Positions 1 to 6,812 of a DNA stretch of 41,660 bases are shown one piece after another (positions within the stretch are counted from its first letter, which is position 1; each line of letters opens with the position of its first letter). This DNA is from an uncultured Candidatus Saccharibacteria bacterium (lineage in GTDB: Bacteria > Patescibacteriota > WWE3 > UBA101185 > UBA10185), in NCBI GenBank assembly GCA_964563965.1, contig CAZLZI010000001.1:1-41660 (forward strand), written 5' to 3'. Under the pieces are notes generated by a model. The model saw nothing but the letters and a program-made list of their open reading frames with translations. It did no database searches and was not told the origin of the DNA. Both the position numbers and the translations under genes were made by a program.

Positions 1-74
1 GCAAGTTCAATGGTACCGACTCTAACATCAATCTTGTTCAAATCATCAATTGTTATCTGGGTTTTAATATCCAT
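1..74 (-). CDS. tRNA-binding (OB-fold, CsaA/Trbp111-like) domain protein, N-terminal fragment running off the window
   Basis: Reverse-strand ATG at 74-72 reads MDIKTQITIDDLNKIDVRVGTIEL, resembling the N-terminus of tRNA-binding domains. Only 24 codons are visible. A -10 box sits at N6. Confidence 0.4.
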   Translation of the reverse strand, partial: MDIKTQITIDDLNKIDVRVGTIEL

Positions 75-80
75 CTTTAT

Positions 81-86
81 AGTATA
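81..86 (-). promoter_or_regulatory. -10 box, leaderless geometry
   Basis: TATACT on the reverse strand, then 6 nt, then ATG at 74. Confidence 0.45.
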
Positions 87-112
87 CAAGAAAACAATGT
101 AAATTTAGAATA

Positions 113-188
113 TGGTGGGTGATCTAGGATTCGAACCTAGGACCACTCGTGTATAAGACGAGCGCTCTACCAACTGAGCTAATCACCC
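113..188 (-). tRNA. tRNA-Ile, anticodon UAU, CCA encoded
   Basis: The reverse complement GGGTGAT TA GCTC AGTTGGTA GAGC G CTCGT CTTATAC ACGAG TGGTC CTAGG TTCGAAT CCTAG ATCACCC A CCA folds as a perfect 76-nt cloverleaf. The anticodon loop is CT-TAT-AC. Confidence 0.9.
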
Positions 189-236
189 CCTTACCCCTAA
201 GAGTGAGAGAATTCTAGCATTAAAGATAAAAATTGA

Positions 237-596
237 CTATTCTTCGAAATCAGCCGGATCAAATCGCTTAGCTTCTCTGACTTCAGTCCATTCCTTTGAA
301 TCTTTCTTCTCTTTGCTTCTTAAATACTGCTCCTTTATATCCTCAACAGCAGCAATTAATGCAGTTTCAAGCTGAAAATCAGTACCTTTGCCATAATAGT
401 TTGTACTCCCAAGATCTAGATCAATACCAACCTCAAATGTATCTATGGCTTGGCCTTTATTCATAACAATTCTAACTTTTTTTAAATCTTCGGGAACATT
501 TGTAAAGTAGCGTTCTATCTTTGCAAATTTATCTTTTGCAAGTTCATGCATACTCGGGGAAATATCTATATTATCTGATGATATCTGGTATATCAC
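237..596 (-). CDS. hpf: ribosome hibernation promoting factor (short HPF/RaiA family)
   Basis: 119 aa with an HPF/YfiA-like N-terminus (IxISxxNIDISPSMHELAKDKFAKIERYF). GTG start preceded by AAGGAGGT. Confidence 0.75.
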   Translation of the reverse strand: MIYQISSDNIDISPSMHELAKDKFAKIERYFTNVPEDLKKVRIVMNKGQAIDTFEVGIDLDLGSTNYYGKGTDFQLETALIAAVEDIKEQYLRSKEKKDSKEWTEVREAKRFDPADFEE

Positions 597-608
597 AAAA
601 ATACCTCC

Positions 609-845
609 TTATGGAAAAATTTGATTACCTTCCTCGTCATAAAGAAAAATAGCTTGTGTAGGACAAGACTGCGCTGCCATGAGTAATTCGTTAAAAGATA
701 GCTTTTCTGCTCCAGCTTTGACAACAGCTATATTGTCTTCATCCATCTCAAAGCCATCTGGAGAAACAACTACACATGTACCAGCACCAATACATAGTTT
801 TCGATCAACTACAATTTTAGTTATGTTCTTGGGGGGAGTTGTCAT
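609..845 (-). CDS. small single-cluster ferredoxin
   Basis: 78 aa with CIGAGTC ... SCP cluster-ligand spacing. Confidence 0.75.
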   Translation of the reverse strand: MTTPPKNITKIVVDRKLCIGAGTCVVVSPDGFEMDEDNIAVVKAGAEKLSFNELLMAAQSCPTQAIFLYDEEGNQIFP

Positions 846-851
846 GTAATA

Positions 852-857
852 GTTTTA
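852..857 (-). promoter_or_regulatory. -10 box, leaderless geometry
   Basis: TGtTAAAAC on the reverse strand, then 6 nt, then ATG at 845. Confidence 0.35.
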
Positions 858-901
858 ACACAAAAGAAATGACATGAAAACAGACAGATCCATAAGCTTA
901 G

Positions 902-1141
902 TTATTCGCCAAATTCTAGCAGTTCATTAATACGTGTTACCATTTCATCTGTTTCCTCATCAGAAAACCCATGAATTTTAGCCCCCGTTTCGATGGTATC
1001 AAAAACATTAGCAAAACAACCCACACAATGAAGACCATAATCTAGCAACACTTCCGCCACTGCGGGATAGTTAGCTACTATTTCCGCGATATTTTGCTCT
1101 TTTGTAATTTTCACAAACTTAGCTTCTTTGTTCTTTGTCAT
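902..1141 (-). CDS. DUF1858 / hybrid-cluster-protein-associated redox disulfide domain protein
   Basis: 79 aa. TIAEIVANYPAVAEVLLDYGLHCVGC matches the DUF1858 pattern. Overlaps the sufU 3' end. Confidence 0.6.
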   Translation of the reverse strand: MTKNKEAKFVKITKEQNIAEIVANYPAVAEVLLDYGLHCVGCFANVFDTIETGAKIHGFSDEETDEMVTRINELLEFGE

Positions 1142-1499
1142 AAGAGTTTAGTGCTTCTGTGAGTGCATCTAAAACGAGAGTTGCACATTTCACGCGACTT
1201 GTTGTCAGATCACTTCCAAAGTAAGTAAGTAATTTTTCTTTATCAATATGTTTTGCGTTATCAACTGACAGCCCTATAAGATCCTCGCTCAACATTGAAG
1301 CGGCAGACATAGCAACAGCACACATATCCCCTCTAAATTTAAAATCAGCAATCGTATTATCTGTAATAACCAAATCTATAATTAACTTATCACCACAGAA
1401 TGGATTCTGTGCTGGAGTCGTAATAGTGGGGTTTTGTGCGGTACCGAAGTTTCTTGGATTCTTATAATGATCCATCATATTGTCTCTGTATAAGTTCAT
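1119..1499 (-). CDS. sufU: SufU/IscU-type Fe-S cluster scaffold / sulfur acceptor
   Basis: YKNPRNFG, CGD, MCAVA and KCATL motifs. ATGA overlap with the sufS stop. Confidence 0.8.
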   Translation of the reverse strand: MNLYRDNMMDHYKNPRNFGTAQNPTITTPAQNPFCGDKLIIDLVITDNTIADFKFRGDMCAVAMSAASMLSEDLIGLSVDNAKHIDKEKLLTYFGSDLTTSRVKCATLVLDALTEALNSYDKEQRS

Positions 1500-2722
1500 T
1501 TTATTAAAATCTTTCTACTCATACCTAGACCATCAATCAAACTATCGACGTCCTCTTGTGTATTATAGATGTAAAAACTTGCTCGTACAGTTGAAGTTAT
1601 GTTCAGTGCATCGTGTAAGGGCATGGCACAATGTTGCCCAGACCGTACGCAAATGTTTCGAGTATTAAGCACTGCTGCAATATCATGTGCATGGATACCT
1701 TTAATACCAAAAGCTATTATTCCTAGCCTATCTTCAGCAGCACCTACAACATATAAATCCTCAATGTGCTTTAGCTTGTTAAGCGCATAGTGGGTAAGCT
1801 CATCTTCATGGGTCTTTACGTTCTCCATCCCAAGTCTGCCAAGATATTCTATTGCCGAACTAAGTCCGACAGCACCGGCAACATTAGGTGTACCAGCTTC
1901 GAAAGCTTGGTGACCTTTCTTCAAATGTGTATGATCAGTATAAACTTGGGATATCATCCCACCGCCAAAATAGATGGGGGATGCATCTTGGAGTAACTCG
2001 TGTCTTGCAAACAATACTCCAATCCCCTGCGGCCCACACATCTTATGAGCAGAAAAACATAAGAAGTCACACTTAAGTTGCTGGACATCAATTTTCATAT
2101 GTCCGATTGATTGGGAGGCATCGACGATCACAACTCCCCCATGGGCATGCACTTTCTCAATAATTTTCTTTAGAGGAAAAATTGTACCTAAAACATTAGA
2201 GACATGGGCAATACTTAAAACTTTAACTCGGCCAGAGATAAGAATTTGCTCAAGCTTTTCTAAAGAAAACTTAAGATCAGTATCTAATTCCAAGACTTTA
2301 AAGTCAGCTTCTTTCATTAAAGCCATGTGTTGAAGCGGAACCAAGCTACTATGATGTTCACTAATAAGAGATAGAGCAATATCACCTTTTGCTAATATGT
2401 GCTGCACATATCCAGACACTGCTAAATTAAGAGCATGTGTTGCATTAGCGGTAAAGACAATCTCGTCCTCTTGAGCATTAATAAATTTAGCTACTTGTAG
2501 TCTTGCATCTTCATATAGATTGGTAGATTCTTCAGCTAAGGTGTAGATACCTCGTGCCACATTCGCATTTGAGTTTGCATAATAGGCGCTTTGCGTATCA
2601 ATTACACTTTGTGGTTTCTGCGTAGTTGCTGCATTGTCCAAATAGACAATAGGAAGATCGTTTATTTTGCGGTTAAATACTGGAAAATCTTTTTTAATAG
2701 TGTAAGGGTCAAACATGGTCAA
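1496..2722 (-). CDS. sufS: cysteine desulfurase, SufS type
   Basis: 408 aa. PLP-lysine context SAHKMCGP and active-site RSGQHCAMPL. Confidence 0.9.
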   Translation of the reverse strand: MTMFDPYTIKKDFPVFNRKINDLPIVYLDNAATTQKPQSVIDTQSAYYANSNANVARGIYTLAEESTNLYEDARLQVAKFINAQEDEIVFTANATHALNLAVSGYVQHILAKGDIALSLISEHHSSLVPLQHMALMKEADFKVLELDTDLKFSLEKLEQILISGRVKVLSIAHVSNVLGTIFPLKKIIEKVHAHGGVVIVDASQSIGHMKIDVQQLKCDFLCFSAHKMCGPQGIGVLFARHELLQDASPIYFGGGMISQVYTDHTHLKKGHQAFEAGTPNVAGAVGLSSAIEYLGRLGMENVKTHEDELTHYALNKLKHIEDLYVVGAAEDRLGIIAFGIKGIHAHDIAAVLNTRNICVRSGQHCAMPLHDALNITSTVRASFYIYNTQEDVDSLIDGLGMSRKILIK

Positions 2723-3296
2723 CGCCTAAACTAGCTAAAACTTGCTGGCGAATCTCCTCATCAGGAATTTGCACAAGTAAGCTATTAAAAAAACCAAGAA
2801 GAATCAGCTTTTTTGCTTCCTCATCGGATAACCCTCTGCTCTTGAGATAAAAAAGTTGAAGATTATCAATTCTCCCTGTAGTGGCGCCATGTGAGGCTTT
2901 AACATCATTGGCATCAATTTCTAACACAGGGCGTGATTCATTCTTTGTATTGTTGCCAAGCACTACCACATCATGTTCTAAATAGGAGGCTGTTTGTTGT
3001 GCTGCTTTTTTTATTATAATTCTCCCTTCAAAGGAAGAAAAGGAATCATCAAACAAAGCCCCTTTAACTTCAGTAGTACATGTTGTGTGAGGTACAGTGT
3101 GTATCGTTTCAACAATCAACTTTATAGGCGCCTCTTTTATACCTTTATATGCTGCAATAACTTTTGCTTCAACACCTTGTGTAGCTAGATATAGTTTCAA
3201 ATGCGCATCAACACTTCCAGTCATATCCAACACATAACACGTATCTGCTGTTACAGTTATTTCTGAAGTAGTTGGTTTTAAAAACACTGTTTGCAT
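2709..3296 (-). CDS. sufD: SufD-like protein, minimal (C-terminal beta-helix region only)
   Basis: 195 aa. PVLEIDANDVKASHGATTGRIDNLQLFYLKSRGL is the conserved SufB/D core. Sits between sufB and sufS. Confidence 0.7.
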   Translation of the reverse strand: MQTVFLKPTTSEITVTADTCYVLDMTGSVDAHLKLYLATQGVEAKVIAAYKGIKEAPIKLIVETIHTVPHTTCTTEVKGALFDDSFSSFEGRIIIKKAAQQTASYLEHDVVVLGNNTKNESRPVLEIDANDVKASHGATTGRIDNLQLFYLKSRGLSDEEAKKLILLGFFNSLLVQIPDEEIRQQVLASLGVDHV

Positions 3297-5752
3297 TAGC
3301 CAACAGATCCTTCCATTTCAAGCTCAATTAAGCGATTAAGTTCAACTGCATACTCAAGTGGAAGTTGTTTAACAATAGGTTCGATAAAACCTGACACTAT
3401 AAGGCTCATCGCTTGTGCTTCAGAGAGCCCCCTACTCATTAAGTAAAAGATCTTTTCTTCCCCAATCTTACTAACGGTTGCCTCATGTTCAATGTTAGCA
3501 TCACTATTTTCAATTTTCATAACTGGGTAAGTGTCTGAAGAAGAGTCTTCATCAAGTATTAACGCATCACACTCTACCCTGCTTTTAGCATTTGTTGCAG
3601 TAGGTATAACTGACACCAACCCTCTATAACTAGTTCTTCCACCATTGGCACTTACAGATTTTGCAACAATAAGAGATGTGGTATTAGGTGCAATGTGAAC
3701 CATTTTAGCTCCTGCATCTTGATGCTGGCCATGACCAGCGTAAGCAATTGATAGCAATTCCCCTCTCGCTCGATCTCCCACAAGATAACACGAAGGATAC
3801 TTCATGGTGATTCTACTATTATGAACAATGATGCCGTTTGCAACAAAATTCTGATCATTCTCCACTTCAAGGTCATATGTAATTTCATCTTCAAGACCTT
3901 CAAGAGAAACTACTCGTGAGAAAATACAAGGAGTTTCAAAACTCGTATTACCAAAAAATAAAAAGTAATGTGTATAAACTTTTTCCTCTGTACCCAGCTT
4001 CTTTTTTTCGCGACGAGTCCACTTTGAAATCTTTGTTGGGTTAAGACCACACATATACCCTAGTAGTCGCACCTGCTCAAGTAACTCTTTGCTCACGGAA
4101 GTAATAGAAACGTTTTTATGATTTTCTCTAAAATTACCATCAGCTGCAACATACCCCTCTATAAAAGCCACTTTTTCCATCATAGGTAGCTCAAATACCC
4201 AGTCTGGTATACGTTTTGAATGAGCATTCCCTTGCATAGAAAGGGATTTGAAAAACCTAACTAAATTTGATGAATTTATCTGGAGAACATTAAGCTTTAA
4301 TTTTGGCGCTACACCAAAAAGCTTTATAAATAATTCCTTTACACGGATGAACGATTTATCTGTCTCTGGCACTGCAATACACAACCTTGTTCCATCTACA
4401 AACCCATCTCCAATGTAAAACCCAAGCAACCACAATAGATCTGGTGAGGATTTTGCAGGGTGTTTTATTGGTCTACCTAACTTTGCATTTTCAAAGTCAA
4501 TATTTTTACTTACTCCTTTATCCGGGATCAATCCACTAACTGCAACGTGATCTCCGACTTCGATAGCGTTAAGTGGTAACCATGATAGCCTGCTAAACTT
4601 ACCTGTCTTTTTCCATACAAGTAGAGGGTGGTTTTCAGTGGCCCTTAATATTCGTTGGTTCAATGTCTTTATTTCATACACTTTACTAGGTTCGTTAGTC
4701 TTTATCGCGATTACTTTATTTGAAGCAAATTGCAGTTGTGAGTTAATACTCAGTACCTTATCTCCTATTTTAACTTCGCTAATTTTCTTAGTTCCATTCT
4801 CTAAGAGAACATCAGTATCTCCTGTGAGACATCCTAAATTACCATCGATCCACTCCATAACGCCATCCTCTTCAACTCGTGCTCTTTTTGTGACTAGGTT
4901 ATAAACATTTGATGACCAATTTTGAATTGTGGTATATCTACATCTTGCACCTTTTTTAACAATGACTTCAACAACTGCAGAGTGTAGAGAATCTGAAGAA
5001 TAAACTGGAGCAGAACAACCTTCAACATAAGATACTTCAGCTCCCTCATCTACAATTATGAGTGTTCTTTCAAATTGACCAAAGTTTTTAGCATTAATTC
5101 TAAAGTATGCTTGCAATGGTCTTGTTACTTTTACTCCCTTTGGTACATATACAAACGAACCACCAGACCACACTGCACTATTAAGGGCCGCGAACTTATT
5201 ATCACTGACAGGCACAACTTTTGAAAAATACTCTGTGAAAAACTCTGGATGTTTTTGCAATGCCTCATCCGTACCCATAAAAATCACCCCTTGTTCAGAT
5301 AGTTCTTCCATAAGAGAGCCATAGATTACCTCTGAATCAAATTGTGCTTTTACACCCGCCAAAAACTCTCGCTCTGCTTGGGGGACTCCTAGCCGTTCAA
5401 AAGTTGATTTCATTTGATCAGGGACATCATCCCAAGTTCTCTCAACATCTTGAATAGGTTTGAGATAATAATAAATGGCATCAAAATCGATGGCACTTAA
5501 ATCTGGACCCCATGTTGGCATTGGTTTTTCTAGAAAGGTTTTGTAAGCATTTAATCTAAACTTAAGCATCCATGCAGGTTCAGTCTTTAGTTGGGACAAC
5601 TGTCTGATTACTGTTTCAGAGAGTCCTTTTTCAGCTTTGAAGACAAATTCCTCTTTAACATTAAAGCCGTATTGAGTTGCATAGTTTGCGTTGATTGATA
5701 TTTTAGTGTCTTTAGTCTGCTTACCATCCGGCAGCATTTGCTTCTTACCCAT
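3296..5752 (-). CDS. sufB: SufB Fe-S assembly protein interrupted by an in-frame intein
   Basis: 818 aa. The extein parts align by eye with E. coli SufB (TKRA...GS..TWKYPSC...HQQDxGxKMxH...EHEATxSxIGE). Removing aa 308-645 leaves 480 aa. Confidence 0.9.
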   Translation of the reverse strand: MGKKQMLPDGKQTKDTKISINANYATQYGFNVKEEFVFKAEKGLSETVIRQLSQLKTEPAWMLKFRLNAYKTFLEKPMPTWGPDLSAIDFDAIYYYLKPIQDVERTWDDVPDQMKSTFERLGVPQAEREFLAGVKAQFDSEVIYGSLMEELSEQGVIFMGTDEALQKHPEFFTEYFSKVVPVSDNKFAALNSAVWSGGSFVYVPKGVKVTRPLQAYFRINAKNFGQFERTLIIVDEGAEVSYVEGCSAPVYSSDSLHSAVVEVIVKKGARCRYTTIQNWSSNVYNLVTKRARVEEDGVMEWIDGNLGCLTGDTDVLLENGTKKISEVKIGDKVLSINSQLQFASNKVIAIKTNEPSKVYEIKTLNQRILRATENHPLLVWKKTGKFSRLSWLPLNAIEVGDHVAVSGLIPDKGVSKNIDFENAKLGRPIKHPAKSSPDLLWLLGFYIGDGFVDGTRLCIAVPETDKSFIRVKELFIKLFGVAPKLKLNVLQINSSNLVRFFKSLSMQGNAHSKRIPDWVFELPMMEKVAFIEGYVAADGNFRENHKNVSITSVSKELLEQVRLLGYMCGLNPTKISKWTRREKKKLGTEEKVYTHYFLFFGNTSFETPCIFSRVVSLEGLEDEITYDLEVENDQNFVANGIIVHNSRITMKYPSCYLVGDRARGELLSIAYAGHGQHQDAGAKMVHIAPNTTSLIVAKSVSANGGRTSYRGLVSVIPTATNAKSRVECDALILDEDSSSDTYPVMKIENSDANIEHEATVSKIGEEKIFYLMSRGLSEAQAMSLIVSGFIEPIVKQLPLEYAVELNRLIELEMEGSVG
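3818..4831 (-). mobile_element. class 1 intein with LAGLIDADG homing endonuclease, inside sufB
   Basis: 338 aa. N-terminal Cys (GNLG/CLTGDTDVLL), block B TENH, LAGLIDADG motifs LLGFYIGDGFV and FIEGYVAADGNF, C-terminal NGIIVHN followed by +1 Ser. The junction codons were checked on the nucleotide sequence. Confidence 0.85.
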
Positions 5753-6486
5753 TATTTAAAACCCTTCTCCTCCAATTCGTGAGCAAGGGAAGCATCCCCA
5801 GATCTTAGTATGTGACCATCCTGCATAATGTACACTTTATCAGCATGAATATATTTTAATATACGGGTGTAATGGGTAATTAAAAGTACACTCATGTTAT
5901 TTTTTTCTTTTAAGTGATTGATAGTTTTACCTACTAGTTTTAGCGCATCTACATCAAGACCGCTATCAGTTTCATCAAGTATGGCAAGTTTGGGTTCTAT
6001 TACTAAAAGTTGGAGCATTTCCATTCGCTTTTTTTCACCACCAGAAAAACCTTCATTTAAAAATCTGTTCGTAAAGTCATCAGACATCTCTAAGAAGTCC
6101 ATTTTTTCTTTTAACAAAGCTCTGAATTTAACAGGTGATAGGTTCTGTTTATGATGCAGGTTAAAGATCATGCGTAGATAGTTAGCAACATTAACGCCAG
6201 GCACTTCACTGGGATATTGGAATGAAAGAAAAATCCCCGCTTCACTTCTTAGGTTTGCATCTAACTCCAAGATATTCACATCAGAAAGCATTACAGCACC
6301 ATCTGTAACTTCATAAAAAGGATGTCCCATCACGGCTTGAGCTAGTGTTGATTTACCACTACCATTTGGTCCCATGAGTACAGTTGTTGAACCTTCCTCT
6401 ACAGTAAGATCAACTCCTTTTAAAATATGAACATCACTGGCTTTTACCTTTAGGTTAGTTATTTTAAACATACTTTTCCAATTCAA
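5752..6486 (-). CDS. sufC: SufC ABC-type ATPase
   Basis: Walker A GPNGSGKST, signature FSGGEKKR, Walker B LAILDETDSGLD. TAATG overlap with sufB. Confidence 0.92.
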   Translation of the reverse strand: MNWKSMFKITNLKVKASDVHILKGVDLTVEEGSTTVLMGPNGSGKSTLAQAVMGHPFYEVTDGAVMLSDVNILELDANLRSEAGIFLSFQYPSEVPGVNVANYLRMIFNLHHKQNLSPVKFRALLKEKMDFLEMSDDFTNRFLNEGFSGGEKKRMEMLQLLVIEPKLAILDETDSGLDVDALKLVGKTINHLKEKNNMSVLLITHYTRILKYIHADKVYIMQDGHILRSGDASLAHELEEKGFK

Positions 6487-6775
6487 TGTGCTTTAAAACA
6501 CATTCTCTATTATATGCAGGACATAATAAATTTATACTATATAGTACTTCTTTGCCTTTTTTTGCACGAACTAAGAGGCCTTGTTCCTCCATCTGGTGTA
6601 AGTGGTAAGAAACTGTAGGCTGTTTTAGATTTACTTCTGCTGTTATTTGGGTAACATTCGCTTCATTACAACTCTTAAGATAGGTATAAATTATCATTCT
6701 TGAAGTAATTCCAAGTGATTTAAAACAGTGCGTACATGGCTGATTTACTTTTGATATAGCTTTTTGTAAAGGCAC
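6464..6775 (-). CDS. ArsR/SmtB-family wHTH regulator heading the suf operon (start revised to GTG 6775)
   Basis: CTHCFKSLGITSRMIIYTYL ... NVTQITAEVNLKQPTVSYHLHQMEEQGLL is an ArsR-type wHTH. The ORF-track start at 6871 (TTG) would overlap the upstream gene. GTG 6775 sits 6 nt after a TACTAT -10 box. Confidence 0.7.
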   Translation of the reverse strand: MPLQKAISKVNQPCTHCFKSLGITSRMIIYTYLKSCNEANVTQITAEVNLKQPTVSYHLHQMEEQGLLVRAKKGKEVLYSINLLCPAYNRECVLKHIELEKYV

Positions 6776-6781
6776 GGATAG

Positions 6782-6787
6782 ATAGTA
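6782..6787 (-). promoter_or_regulatory. suf operon promoter, -10 box (with a -35)
   Basis: Reverse strand: TTGACT (6810-6805), 17 bp spacer, TACTAT (6787-6782), ctatcc, then GTG 6775. Confidence 0.55.
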
Positions 6788-6812
6788 GTCTATATGAATA
6801 TGGAAGTCAATC

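Noticed and set aside
1496-1499. Alternative genetic code (UGA recoded, as in some candidate phyla)
   Set aside because: SufS ends at its expected C-terminus with a TGA that overlaps the sufU ATG (ATGA). The 54-aa ORF also ends in TGA. All long conserved genes are intact under the standard code.
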